This document shows, in pieces, positions 20,903 to 32,100 of a stretch of 64,000 bases of DNA. The DNA is from an uncultured Acidobacteriaceae bacterium. Lineage in GTDB: Bacteria; Acidobacteriota; Terriglobia; Terriglobales; Acidobacteriaceae. Both the position numbers and the translations under genes were made by a program. Numbering within the stretch: the first letter of the stretch is position 1; every line of letters starts with the position of its first letter. Where the stretch lies: assembly GCA_964247615.1 (NCBI GenBank), contig CAXTVC010000001.1:21827-85826 (forward strand), in the 5' to 3' direction. The notes beneath the pieces were generated by a model. The model had not been told where the DNA came from. It saw only the letters and a program-made list of their open reading frames with translations, and did not search any database.

Positions 20903-23900
20903 TTAACGCGCAGGCTCGTCATAACCGGCGAGCGCAGGGATCTCCCCGGCAGCTCGCTGGTTGCCGGCTGTGTCGGCAAGAGCCGGCAGAAACGGCCGCG
21001 CTCCCGACGATCCCGCAGCCGCGCTTAAGGCATCCGCCGGGCTCAGCAGCACCGCAAGCTGGCCACCCGAGGGCTTGCGCCAGCCATGGCCTGCGCTCGC
21101 TTCGCGCAGCTCAGCGGTGAGCACCTGCCCAGGGTCCTGCGCCGGAGCGAGCGCCCTGGCCTGCCGCGCCAGCTCGACCGCCCGGCCTTCGTGCCCCCGT
21201 GCCTGTTCCAGCTCCGCGGTCACGGTCAGCATCTCCGGATCGCTTGGGAAGCGTTCCCGCCCTAGCCGCGCCCAACCCTCGGCGGTCTTGAAGTCATGTG
21301 CCGCGATGCCCGCTCCCACGGCGGCCTCCAGTTCACTGGCGGGAGCCGCGGAAAGATCCTTCGCCTTGTACAGGGCGACGGCCTCCCTGGGCAGCCCTAC
21401 CCCGGCGTAGCCCTTCGCAACCGCGTTCAGCACCTCCGCGTTCCCGGCAAAGGCGGCCGCGGCGGCGTTCAGGACGGTGACGGCACGAGCCTGCTCGCCG
21501 GCAGCCGCAAGCGTGCGCGCCCGCCGCACCGCCCATCCCGTCCAGATCATCTGCACATCCCGGCGCTGGGAGTCGTTCAGGTCCCGACGGTCGCCAAGGT
21601 ACACCAGCTCGCGGTAGAGATTGCCGTCATCCTCGCGCGCCGCCAGCAGCGCCGTAATGCGCAACACGATATCCAACGGGGGCGACAGTTTCTGCGTGGC
21701 GAAGACGGCCTGCGCGCGGGCGTAGGCATGCAACGCCTCATCCGGGCGCTCCGACGCGAGATACACCTCACCCGCCGTCGCCAGAAACGTCGCATCCAGG
21801 CCAAGCACCTCATGCGCGCCCGGGGGAATGCGTTCCAGTACATCGTGGGCTTCGCCGCTCTTACCCTCGGCATGCAGCGCACCCACAAGGCCCTTCCATG
21901 CACTCGGCCTTGCTGGATCGCGGGTGGCCGCTTCCCGGAACAGCTCCGCGGCGCGGGCGTCCTCGCCTCGGGAGAGCGCAGCCTCTCCTTGCGTCGTGCG
22001 TTCCGCTGCGATCACCTCTTCACCTCGCGGCTGCGGCGGCGGCGGAGTAGCGACAATGGCTGGCGCACTCGCCACAACCGCCGTGGAAGGCTTCGCCGGA
22101 GAAGCAGGGCGCGCGGCCTTCTTGCCGGAAGCACGGCTCGATACGGGTTGTTTTGGCGCCGAGGGCGACGAGCTTGCCTTTGGTGGCTCGACAGCCACTC
22201 CCTGTGGCCCTGGCGAAGGTGGGGCGGGGCTGGGCTTCACGGGCTGCGGCGGAGCTACGGGCTGCATCGTTGGCGCACTTGCCACGCTCGTCGCAGAGGG
22301 CGTTTTCACCAGGGGCGCAGCCGTGGTCGGCGCAGGCGCCGGCGACACCGGAGGAAGCGGGCGGGGCCGCTCAGCCGGGGTCACAGGGGCTCGCACGACG
22401 GGAGGCGGTTCGGCCTTTGCTACTTGCGTATTGGGAGCGCTTTGAGCACCCCGCGCTGTCGTCAGTGCCTGTTCGTAGCTAGGGTCCCCTTGCAGCGGAG
22501 GTCGTGCGTCCGCGGGCACATGGCTGTCACTTGCCAGCGCCTCCGCGGGCCGCCCCGCACTTGCTTGCGAGATGACCAGACCACGCCACGCCGCAGGACT
22601 CATCGGGCGCACCTGCGTCAAGTGAACGAAGACAGGTACCGCGGCATCCGCGCGACCGGACTGAAGCAGTAGACCTCCCAGACCCTCCAGGGCATCCGGA
22701 TCGCCGGGCCTCTCCCCCAGAGCTGCCCGATACCGGATCTCCGCATCAGGCAGATCTCCCCGGGTACGCGCCGCAGACGCGGTCTTCAATGTCAAATCGA
22801 ACTGCGTATTCACGAGGGCCCGGGTCAGTGCCAGGCTGTGGTCCCCGTTCTCCTGCGCCCGCTCAAAGAAAACAACGGCCGTCTTCAGATCTCCCGCTGA
22901 GACGCGCGCATAGCCAAGCCCGGCCAGAGCTCGTGGGTTCGTTGGATCCTTTGCGAGGATGTCCTGAAAGATCTGTTCTGCGTCAGCCGTTCGGCGTCCG
23001 TTGAGTGCCGCGAAGCCTGCCTGCTCCTGCGCGGCATACGCCCCATGGTGAACCGGCGCTCCCGGCCCCGAGGTTGTCCGAAAGGTTGCTCGCGGGGTCG
23101 AACCTGGTGCTCGTGGGGGCTGCGTCACCGTGGAGAGCTGGTCACCTCGATCGTTCGGAGCTATCGCCGTCGGTGAATGCTGGACGGCAACAGGCGGCGT
23201 CAAAGGGGTGGCGGGTGAGGGTTTACCACCAGGTACTCGCGGGCTTGCAGGGACTCCTCCACTGCTTGCCACGTCCGTCCCACTCGGAGTTCCCCGCAGC
23301 GCGGCGACTGCTTCCGGATTCCCTGGATATCGCTCCAGCAGCGTCCGGCCCTCGGCACGGGTGCGGGGGCTGGCCAGCAGAGTGCGTCCAAGCGCCAGCG
23401 AATACCGCGGCTCCGCTGGATACGCATCGGACAGGGCGCGCAGACCGGCAATGGCCTGGGGACGGCCTTCCTCCGTCGCGGCCTCGGCCCCGTAGTACGC
23501 CAGTGCCGGCGCACCCGGAGGCGGGGTAACGCCATAGATTCGTCTGTAGATCGCAAAGGCGGCCCGATTGTCCCCGGCCCGCGACAGCCGTGCTGCTTCG
23601 GCCAGGTCCGAGCCCGATTCCTGGCCTTTAGCGGCGTTTTCCAGCCGGCTCACCTGCGGATCGTTGGGGTGTGTCGCACGCAACCGGGCCAGGTACTGCG
23701 CGGCGTCCGCGGTGCGATGCTCCGCCCTGGCAGCGCGCACCAGCCCCCCGAGTGCCTCTGCGTCATCCGGCTGCAGCTGTAAAACCTGCGCCCAGTCCTG
23801 CTTCGCCAGGTCCAGGCGGCCACGCCCTTCCAGGGTCCGCGCCCGGCTCAGCAGCACGGCCGTCGGTGAACCCTCTTCCTGGGCCCCCGCCACGCGGGAG

Positions 23901-23971
23901 GAAGCGCTGGGCAACAACAGGCAGCCGAGCGCCAGAACCGCGGCACAGCGTTGCGAACGCACTCTCTTCAC
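20903..23971 (-). CDS. Exported TPR protein resembling the BcsC N-terminal region, no beta-barrel
   Basis: Signal peptide; N-terminus LLSRARTLEGRGRLDLAKQDWAQVL..P.DAEALGGL resembles BcsC; many TPRs; two Pro-rich inserts. Confidence 0.7.
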   Translation of the reverse strand: MKRVRSQRCAAVLALGCLLLPSASSRVAGAQEEGSPTAVLLSRARTLEGRGRLDLAKQDWAQVLQLQPDDAEALGGLVRAARAEHRTADAAQYLARLRATHPNDPQVSRLENAAKGQESGSDLAEAARLSRAGDNRAAFAIYRRIYGVTPPPGAPALAYYGAEAATEEGRPQAIAGLRALSDAYPAEPRYSLALGRTLLASPRTRAEGRTLLERYPGNPEAVAALRGTPSGTDVASSGGVPASPRVPGGKPSPATPLTPPVAVQHSPTAIAPNDRGDQLSTVTQPPRAPGSTPRATFRTTSGPGAPVHHGAYAAQEQAGFAALNGRRTADAEQIFQDILAKDPTNPRALAGLGYARVSAGDLKTAVVFFERAQENGDHSLALTRALVNTQFDLTLKTASAARTRGDLPDAEIRYRAALGERPGDPDALEGLGGLLLQSGRADAAVPVFVHLTQVRPMSPAAWRGLVISQASAGRPAEALASDSHVPADARPPLQGDPSYEQALTTARGAQSAPNTQVAKAEPPPVVRAPVTPAERPRPLPPVSPAPAPTTAAPLVKTPSATSVASAPTMQPVAPPQPVKPSPAPPSPGPQGVAVEPPKASSSPSAPKQPVSSRASGKKAARPASPAKPSTAVVASAPAIVATPPPPQPRGEEVIAAERTTQGEAALSRGEDARAAELFREAATRDPARPSAWKGLVGALHAEGKSGEAHDVLERIPPGAHEVLGLDATFLATAGEVYLASERPDEALHAYARAQAVFATQKLSPPLDIVLRITALLAAREDDGNLYRELVYLGDRRDLNDSQRRDVQMIWTGWAVRRARTLAAAGEQARAVTVLNAAAAAFAGNAEVLNAVAKGYAGVGLPREAVALYKAKDLSAAPASELEAAVGAGIAAHDFKTAEGWARLGRERFPSDPEMLTVTAELEQARGHEGRAVELARQARALAPAQDPGQVLTAELREASAGHGWRKPSGGQLAVLLSPADALSAAAGSSGARPFLPALADTAGNQRAAGEIPALAGYDEPAR

Positions 23972-24165
23972 CCCGGTACTCCCGCCTGCTCGTGAACCAA
24001 GTTCATCAACCCCGGTTTCGACCAGCCTATCGCGTCGCGTTGCGGTTGTCTTCGGCAGTTGTCTGGTTTTCCACCGTTATTTTCTGCTTTTTCCTTCGTT
24101 CATCGGAGATTAGCTGAAAGGGAGAAATGTCGGAGGGACAAACAATCGTGGGTAAAACGGAGTTC

Positions 24166-24195
24166 TTGACAAAGGTTAGGGTGCACGATGATGCT
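24166..24195 (+). promoter_or_regulatory. Candidate sigma70 promoter for GH3-GH31
   Basis: TTGACA-N18-GATGCT. Confidence 0.45.
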
Positions 24196-24228
24196 TCACT
24201 GGGGCATGCCGCCCCTTGAGGTCTTCCA

Positions 24229-26526
24229 CTGCGTCCTTCTTTCTTCGCCTGTGCACAAAAATCCACTTCGCGCTTCCTCCCTGCGGCTCTTGGCTTCTTC
24301 TGCTGCCTCTCCTGCACCCCCGGTCAGGCGCAGGAAGCGACCGCGTTTCGCAATACCTCGCTGCCTGCGGACGCCCGGATCAACGACCTGCTTTCGCACA
24401 TGTCGCTGGACGAGAAGATTGACTGCCTGAGCACCAATACGGCGGTGCCACGGCTGAAGGTGAAGAGCTTCGGCAGCTCGGAAGGCATCCACGGCGTGGT
24501 GCAGCGCGGAGGCGGCAAGGCGGACCGGTCGGCCATCTACACAACGCAATTCCCCCAGCCTCCCGGCATGGGCGAGACCTGGGATCCGGACCTCGTCCGG
24601 CAGGCCGCCGCGGTAGAAGGCTCCGAGGCACGTTATATCTCGGAGACGCCGAAATACGGCCGCCAGATCTACATGCAGTGGGGTCCGCAGGCCGATCTGG
24701 CGCGCGATCCGCGCTGGGGACGCAGTGAAGAGGTGTACGGCGAAGATCCATTCTTCAACGGAACCATGGTGGTGAACTTCGTTCGCGGTTTGCAGGGCGA
24801 CGACCCGAACCACTGGCAGGCAGCTGCCCTGCTGAAGCATTTCCTGGCGAACAGCAATGAAAACTTTCGGACCAAGTCAGACTCTGTCTTCGACGAGCGC
24901 CTGTTCTGGGAGTACTACTCGGTCCCGTTCCGCATGGGCTTCGTCGATGGCGGCGCGCGTGGCGTAATGGCCAGCTACAACGCCTGGAACGGCACACCGA
25001 TGGTCGTGAACCCGATCCTCAAGTCAATCGTGGAAGACAAGTGGGGCGTGGATGTGCTGTCGTCCGATGGCGGCGCCGTAAAGCTGCTGTGGACCGACCA
25101 CAAGCGGTACCCGGACCAGAAGACCGCGGTGATCGCCTGCCTCCATGCGGGCATTAACCAGTTTCTCGATACCTACAAGGACGAGACCAAAGCGGCGGTA
25201 AAGGAAGGCGCGGTCACGGAGGCCGAGATCGACGGCCTGCTGCGGCGCAAGTTTGTCATCGCGGTCAAGCTGGGCCTGCTGGATCCCGGACAGGAGTACA
25301 CCGCCCCGACCGCGAACACAGGCGATGAGGCGGCCCCTGCGGCTGGCGTTCCGGCCTCTGCCACGCAGCGCCAGGCAGCCCCGGTGGCCTCCGCCGCGGA
25401 GCCCTGGGACAGCCCGGAGCATCGCGCCGTCGCTGAAAAGATGGCGCTGGAGTCCGTCGTCCTGCTCAAGAACGAAAACAATGCCCTGCCGCTGGCAAAG
25501 GCAGGACTCAAGTCCATCGCGGTCATCGGGCCGCTCGCCGACACGGTTCGCTGGGACTGGTACGGCGGCTATCCACCCCACGCCATCACACCGCTCGAAG
25601 GCATCAGGGCAGCCGTTGGGCCTTACGTCCGCGTGAACTATGCCGCCAGTGAGACCAACCAGGAAGCCATCATGGCCGCGCGCATGTCCGACGTAGCCGT
25701 CGTCGTCGTCGGCAATGATCCAACCTGCGGCCCCGATATGGGCCATGACTGGCACGCCACCGTCGATGGCGGCGGCACGCTGCCCTGCACCACGCCCTCG
25801 GACGGACGCGAGGGCCGAGACCGCGAGACGCTCACCCTCGAACAGGAGCAGCTCGTCAAGCAGGTCTACGCCGTAAACCCCAAGACGATCGTTGTGCTGG
25901 TCTCCAGCTTCCCCTTCACCATCAACTGGAGCCAGCAATACGTTCCGGCCATCCTGCACATGACGCACGCCTCCCAGGATGAAGGCACAGCCATCGCCAA
26001 GGTATTGTTCGGCGACTACAACCCCGCCGGCCGTCTCGTAACTACCTGGCCCGCATCCATGGACCAGCTTCCGCCCATGATGGACTACAACATCCGCGAT
26101 GGCCGCACCTACATGTACTCCAAGGGCAAGCCGCTGTACCCCTTTGGCTATGGGCTGAGCTACACGACCTTCAAGTACAGCAATCTGCACCTCAGCACAG
26201 ACACTCTGCGCACGGACGGCACGCTGGAGGCCACAGCCGACATCACCAACACCGGGACACGGGATGGCGATGAGGTCGTGCAGCTCTACATCACGCACGA
26301 GGGCTCAAAGGTAGCCCGACCCCTGGAAGAGTTGAAGGCTTTTCAACGCGTGCATGTCGCCGCAGGGCAGACCGTCCCCGTCAGCCTGCGCCTGAAGGCA
26401 GCGGACCTGGCGTTCTGGGATGCGACGACGAAACAGTGGAACCTCGAGCACGATAGGGTGGAGGTACGACTGGCTGCCTCGTCTGCTGATGTTCGCCTTC
26501 GCCAAACCGTCACGGTCCGTCCCTGA
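24229..26526 (+). CDS. GH3 beta-glucosidase/xylosidase with Fn3 domain, probable CTG start
   Basis: RDPRWGRSEE, KHF, SD nucleophile region, SVVLLKN, YPFGYGLSYT; frame open back to TGA 24217 and encodes a signal peptide. Confidence 0.9.
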   Translation: MRPSFFACAQKSTSRFLPAALGFFCCLSCTPGQAQEATAFRNTSLPADARINDLLSHMSLDEKIDCLSTNTAVPRLKVKSFGSSEGIHGVVQRGGGKADRSAIYTTQFPQPPGMGETWDPDLVRQAAAVEGSEARYISETPKYGRQIYMQWGPQADLARDPRWGRSEEVYGEDPFFNGTMVVNFVRGLQGDDPNHWQAAALLKHFLANSNENFRTKSDSVFDERLFWEYYSVPFRMGFVDGGARGVMASYNAWNGTPMVVNPILKSIVEDKWGVDVLSSDGGAVKLLWTDHKRYPDQKTAVIACLHAGINQFLDTYKDETKAAVKEGAVTEAEIDGLLRRKFVIAVKLGLLDPGQEYTAPTANTGDEAAPAAGVPASATQRQAAPVASAAEPWDSPEHRAVAEKMALESVVLLKNENNALPLAKAGLKSIAVIGPLADTVRWDWYGGYPPHAITPLEGIRAAVGPYVRVNYAASETNQEAIMAARMSDVAVVVVGNDPTCGPDMGHDWHATVDGGGTLPCTTPSDGREGRDRETLTLEQEQLVKQVYAVNPKTIVVLVSSFPFTINWSQQYVPAILHMTHASQDEGTAIAKVLFGDYNPAGRLVTTWPASMDQLPPMMDYNIRDGRTYMYSKGKPLYPFGYGLSYTTFKYSNLHLSTDTLRTDGTLEATADITNTGTRDGDEVVQLYITHEGSKVARPLEELKAFQRVHVAAGQTVPVSLRLKAADLAFWDATTKQWNLEHDRVEVRLAASSADVRLRQTVTVRP

Positions 26527-26609
26527 TCCATCGGCCGTGTCGAAAGAAGCATTGGCTTTTAAAGCGGCCGTGTAGCGCCGCAACTACTTCTCTGGAGTAT
26601 GACCTCACG

Positions 26610-29000
26610 ATGATGTCCTTCGGCTTCCAAGCCCTCTCTCGCAGCCGCTTCACCCAGGGCGCCGCACTGTCTGCTCTGGCCAGCTGCTGCGCCCCTTTTG
26701 CTCTCGCCCAGACGAGCCACATCAGCACGGACCGTGGCGATGCAACGGTCCTGATCGAGCCCTATGCGCCCAACATCATCCGTGTGAGCCTCAGCCTGCG
26801 CAAAAACGACGCGCTCGCAGCCCCCGGTTACGGCGTAACGGCACAGCCGGCAGGCTCCGGGTGGAACGTCGAGACGGGTGAAGCTGGCGACGTCCTCCGG
26901 TCGAACGCCCTCACGGTCACGCTGGCGCCCCGCCCCAAGGGCCACGGTCCGATGCCGGAGACATCGAAGTTCTTCTCCGGCTCAACGGGCTACGTCGGCG
27001 TGGATATCAAAACCGCCGATGGCAAGCCGCTGCTGCACATGAACGGTTGGCAGATGAGCGTGCCCAACTATAAGGACGGCAACCACGACCTTGAGCTGGA
27101 CCGCCGGCCAACAGACCCGCCATTCTTCACCGTGGGTGCAAGCTTTGGCGCGGCCGACGACGAGCACGACTACGGCCTGGGCCAGAACCAGCAGGGATTT
27201 CTCGATCGTCGCGGGCACGTAATCGAGTGCGCGCATGACTACGACGCCCCAGCTGGCCAGTCGGTGTGCGTTCCCTTCCTAGTGACCAACAAAGGATATG
27301 GTCTCGTCTGGGATAACCCCTCGAAGACAACTGTCGCCCTCGGCTTCAACAACCAAAATACCTTCAAATCGCAGGTCGGCCAGCGCGTGAGCTTCTTCGT
27401 GATCGCAGGCGATTACAACGCAATCTATCGCGGCTACCGCCTGCTCACCGGAGACGTACCCATGCTGCCGAAGAGCGCCTATGGCTACATCCAGTGCAAG
27501 CAGCGCTACAGCACGCAGGCCGAGATCATGTCCGTGGCCAAGGGCTATCGTGATCGTAAGCTGCCCATCGATGACCTGGTAATCGACTGGTTCACCTACA
27601 CCAAGATGGGTGAGATGGACATGGACCCGAAGGCCTGGCCCGATCCCGTGGACATGCTGAAGCAGCTGCATGCCATGGACTACCACGTGATGATCAGCGT
27701 CTGGCCACGCTTCACACCCGGCAGCCGCTACTACGACCTCCTCAAGACCAATGGCTGGTTCGAGCACCTTGCTGATGGCACGCCAACGAACGGCTTGCCC
27801 TATGACAAGGCCGGCTCCGACATCGACACCACCAACCCTGACGCAGCCAAGTGGTACTGGAGCATCATCAAGGAGAACTATGTCGCGAAAGGCTTCGACG
27901 CCTTCTGGGCCGATGAGACGGAGCCCGACATTCCCCCCGCCGGTTCGTACTTCAAGGTCGGTCCGGGCACGCAGTTCTTCAACGTCTATCCCCTATTCCA
28001 CACGGCCGCGTTCTATAACGGCATGCGTGCGGACATGAAGGAACGTGCGCTGATCCTGGCCCGCGACAGTTATCTCGGCGCACAGCACAACGGCGCTATC
28101 TTCTGGTCGTCGGACATCAACCCCAACTGGGACACGCTGAAGCGCTCTGTGCCGACAGGCCTCAACTTCGTCGCCTCTGGTATGCCCTACTGGTCGACTG
28201 ACATCGGTGGATGGCAGGGCCTTCCCTACTCGCACACGCCATTGCATACGCCGCTGCTCGATCCCAGCGACGCGCGCGACAACGTGAACCACTACGACGA
28301 TTATCCCGAGCTCTACACGCGCTGGTTCGAGTATGGAGCCTTCCAACCCAACTTCCGCACCCACGGTACACGCAACCACAACGAAGTCTGGAGCTACGGC
28401 AAACAGGCGCAACCCATCCTCGAGAAATACCTGCGGCTGCGTTATCAGTTGATGCCATACCTGTACTCGCTGGGCTGGCAGGCGCATGAAACCGGCGCGC
28501 CATTCATGCGCGGCCTGTTCCTCGACTTCCCCAATGACCCACAGGTAGCCGACATTGGGGACGAGTACATGTTCGGTCCCGCGTTGCTGGTTGCCCCGGT
28601 CACAGACCAGGGTCAGACCTCACGCTCCGTATACCTGCCCGCAGGTTCGGATTGGTATAACTTCTGGACCAACGAGCGCGTCCATGGAGGCCAACGCATC
28701 ACGGTGCAGGCGCCCATCGACACCATCCCTGTATTCGTCCGCGCGGGATCGATCCTTCCCCTGGGAGCCCCGGTACAGAGCACCAATGAGAAGCAGGCCA
28801 TCGAGAAAGTCCGCATCTACCCCGGCGCGGACAGCCACTTTACGCTCTACTCCGACGATGGCAAAACCTATGCGTACGAACACGGCGAGCATGACATCAC
28901 CGAGTTGCATTGGAATGACGCAACAAAGAAGCTGTCACAGACAGGCGTGAAGGCGTGGGCCGGGCCGGATGCGCAGGTGGTGGAGATTACCGGGCAGTAA
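26610..29000 (+). CDS. GH31 glycosidase, probable alpha-xylosidase, exported
   Basis: Signal peptide ending ALA; WADETEP nucleophile, WSSD, TDIGG, RWFEYGAF, RTHG. Confidence 0.9.
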   Translation: MMSFGFQALSRSRFTQGAALSALASCCAPFALAQTSHISTDRGDATVLIEPYAPNIIRVSLSLRKNDALAAPGYGVTAQPAGSGWNVETGEAGDVLRSNALTVTLAPRPKGHGPMPETSKFFSGSTGYVGVDIKTADGKPLLHMNGWQMSVPNYKDGNHDLELDRRPTDPPFFTVGASFGAADDEHDYGLGQNQQGFLDRRGHVIECAHDYDAPAGQSVCVPFLVTNKGYGLVWDNPSKTTVALGFNNQNTFKSQVGQRVSFFVIAGDYNAIYRGYRLLTGDVPMLPKSAYGYIQCKQRYSTQAEIMSVAKGYRDRKLPIDDLVIDWFTYTKMGEMDMDPKAWPDPVDMLKQLHAMDYHVMISVWPRFTPGSRYYDLLKTNGWFEHLADGTPTNGLPYDKAGSDIDTTNPDAAKWYWSIIKENYVAKGFDAFWADETEPDIPPAGSYFKVGPGTQFFNVYPLFHTAAFYNGMRADMKERALILARDSYLGAQHNGAIFWSSDINPNWDTLKRSVPTGLNFVASGMPYWSTDIGGWQGLPYSHTPLHTPLLDPSDARDNVNHYDDYPELYTRWFEYGAFQPNFRTHGTRNHNEVWSYGKQAQPILEKYLRLRYQLMPYLYSLGWQAHETGAPFMRGLFLDFPNDPQVADIGDEYMFGPALLVAPVTDQGQTSRSVYLPAGSDWYNFWTNERVHGGQRITVQAPIDTIPVFVRAGSILPLGAPVQSTNEKQAIEKVRIYPGADSHFTLYSDDGKTYAYEHGEHDITELHWNDATKKLSQTGVKAWAGPDAQVVEITGQ

Positions 29001-29015
29001 CACTGGAGTTCGTGA

Positions 29016-29053
29016 AACAGAAAAGGTCCGCAGCGATGCGGGCCTTTTCTGTT
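29016..29053. terminator. Bidirectional intrinsic terminator
   Basis: AACAGAAAAGGTCCGCA-GCGA-TGCGGGCCTTTTCTGTT between convergent genes. Confidence 0.85.
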
Positions 29054-29111
29054 GATGGACACTTTCCTGGCAGCGGACTGCGGACCAAAGATCGAAGTAT
29101 GCAAACGAGAA

Positions 29112-29136
29112 AGGGTGCGCCTGGTCGGCGCACCCT
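29112..29136 (-). terminator. Intrinsic terminator of TonB receptor gene
   Basis: AGGGTGCGCC-5nt-GGCGCACCCT followed by a T-rich tract on the minus strand. Confidence 0.75.
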
Positions 29137-29162
29137 CTCGCTTTGTTGTGATTGGTTTGAGG

Positions 29163-32100
29163 TTAGAAGTCGAAGCGCAAACCGAGTTCCATGATGCGAC
29201 GCCCAATGCGGAGCGGCGCGTAGCCGAACTGCGGGTTGGTGGAGGGCCCGCCATTCGCACTCAAAAGAGCAGTGTTGACGTCTGTCGCGTTGGAGGTCTG
29301 GCTGTAGTTCAACGTGTAATTCGCCTGGTTGACCTGCGTGAAGGTATTGTTGGCGTGATTCAACACATTAAAGGCGGCCACGCGGAGCTGCGAGCTGAGG
29401 CCTTCGGTGATCTTGAACCGCTTGGAGGCGGTGAGATCCGCGTTGAAGAAACCCGGTCCGGGAAGGAACGGAAGACGGTAGTCGCCATTGGTCCCAAGAG
29501 CCGGCAGTGCGAAAGCCGAACCATTGATGTACTGGTGAGATCCGGTGGTCTGGTTCACCTGTCCGACGATGCGGTTCTGCAGATTGACGTTCGGCGTACC
29601 CAGGATGTTGGTGCTGCTCACGCCAATCTGACAGCCGCCGGTACCGGAGGTCGTTGTGCAGGTGCTCACGTTGTTACCCACGCGAGCTACAGCACCAACC
29701 GGGACTGTGACGTTGCCCTGAATACCGAAGTTCGAATTGATGATCGACGGGAGGTTCGGACCGCTTTGGTAGTTAAAGATTCCCGAGATCTCCCATCCGT
29801 TTGCAACAATACCGAGGTATCTCTCCTTGACGATGTTGCCTTCGTCGTAGGAGTAGGACGCGTTGAAGATGTGACGCCGGTCAAAGGGCATGCTGGCGTA
29901 GTCGTTGGCGTAGTTGAACGGGTCGGCCGGGTAGCTGTACGTGGACGAGCCACCGATGCCCTGGATGCCCAGAGCCTTCGAGAAGGTGTAGTTCACGTTG
30001 TAGCGAGCCGGTCCAGCCTGGCGAACGAGACCGACCTGCAGGCCGTTGTAGTTGGAGTAGGTGTTGTGCTCGGGCACAAAGACGCGGTTGTAGGTGGGAA
30101 ACCTCTTGAAGCTGTCGATGGTTGCCTGATCCAGAGACCCGATGCTGTAGTTGTTGGAGGACGGAGGAGTTGCTGGTCCAAACAGCGGGAAGAGCTTTCC
30201 GGTCTTTGGTTGCGGACCGTAAAGCGCGCCAACCGGCAGCGAATTCAGGTCGTCCAGTACGGTGTTTTGGGTGGAACCGTCGTTGAGCAGCTTATCGCTG
30301 GAGTTACCGACATAAGAGATCTCCAGCAGCATCTTGCCCGGCATCTGTTGGTCGACGGAGAGATTGTACGTGCGGACACGCGGTGTCTCATCATCGGTCG
30401 GATCGAAGGCATACACGTTGGAGTCAGGGACGAACGTCGCCGAACTGTATTGCGATGCGAAAGAGCTGACCGAAGACAGCAGAAGCGGGCCGTTGACAGT
30501 CACGTTGCGGGAGCCGATCACCGTGCCGCTCTGGTTCGAAGCGTCGTTGTACGCATCGTGAGCGCGGTAGATGCCAAAGCCGCCACGGACCACCGTCTTG
30601 CCTTGCCCGGTGACATCCCAGGAGAAGCCAGCACGCGGCTCAACAAAGCCCCAACGCGTCGGGCGTCCACCATTGGGAATTGATGAATTGATGCCGTGCC
30701 ACTGTACGCCCGGAAGCAGCGCAGAGTTCACTCCCGCGTCGTAATCCGCGGGACGGAAGACCGCAACACCCTGATTATGCGAGTCCTGCCAGGGCGTCAT
30801 GTGCTCAAAGCGAACACCCACGTCCACAGTGAATCGCGAGGCTAGGCGCCAGTGATCCTGGACATAGCCAGCGAGGTTCCAGAAGTAGAGATTCGGCTCT
30901 GGAGCGATGTTGCTCTGGCTGTATTGGAAGATCTGGCCTTCCGCAAAATCAGCCAGGTAGTTGCCCCCGTTTCCACTCCCTACGGGGCCTGTGGAGTGGA
31001 CCAGGCCAGCCACCTTATCCTGGAAGGTCTCGCCGATGTAGTACTGTGCGATCGTTCCGTTCGTGTTCACAAACGGCGCGATCTGTGGATTGGAATCGTA
31101 CTGGTAGAACACACCAGCCTTGAAGCTGTGCTTCCCTATCACCTTGCTGACGTTGTCGCCAGCGATGCGAACCTGCTTCTTGGCAAAGATGCCGCCAAAG
31201 CTGGTATCTGGCGTGCGAAGCAGTGGAAGACCGTCGTTGCCGTAGTCCTCCAGCGTTGGCTGCACGGTGCTGCCATTGTCGAACACGCCCTTGTACGGAT
31301 TGTTCGCGATAGCCGCCTGATCCTTGGCGACAAAGCTCTGCGCGAAGTACGCTCCGGCTACATAGAACTCATTGGTGAGCGAAGGGCCAAAGATATGTGT
31401 GTAATTGAGACTGGCCACATGGGAGGAGACCGGACTCAGCAGGCCACCACCAGGGACGTTGATGCCGCCCAGGTTGCCGCGAGCCGAGTAGTACTCGTTC
31501 TGCGGAACGCTGGAAGACCCCTTCTCGATGCTGTAGGAGCCAAAGATCTTGTCCTTGTCACTGGCTGCGTAGTCCACGCGACCACGAGCCTGCCAAAGAT
31601 TGTTGTTGATCAGGTTCGTGGTGATCCAGTTGTAGGTTCCGTTGCTGGTCGTATTCGGCAAGGGCATCTGGTTCAGCGCAATCTTGCCGAATGGGTCCAG
31701 GTAGGGAGCAATGTTGCCATTGACGAGCGTCTGGCCTTGGGGACCGGTCACTGGAACGCGGCAAATGTTGGCATTCGGGATGTTGCCGGACGCGGAGCCG
31801 TTGTAGGTGCAGGCACTGCCGTCCGTGGTCACGCCATAGGCCGCGCCGAGGTACTGCTGCAGCTGTCCCTGGCTGAAGTCACCAGTGCGCATGCCGGCTG
31901 TCGGTACAAGCGCGGTCAAGGTGGCGGCCGCGGCATCGCCGTACGCGTAAGCATTGCGCTGCGCATAGTCTTCGGCACCGACGAAGAAGGTCAGCTTCTT
32001 GCTTGCGCCAAATTTTGTGCCAGGGACCTGAATGGGACCGCCAAAGGTGAAGCCTGGGTACACATACCGGTCAGGAGGTTTGGACTGCCCACTGTATTTC

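Noticed and set aside
23972-24160. c-di-GMP riboswitch upstream of BcsC-like gene
   Set aside because: No GEMM-type consensus found.
26599-26613. 4-codon uORF overlapping the GH31 start; also a 9-codon bridge at 12197-12226
   Set aside because: SD spacing fits the main ATG and gaps are tiny; shows such overlaps can arise by chance.
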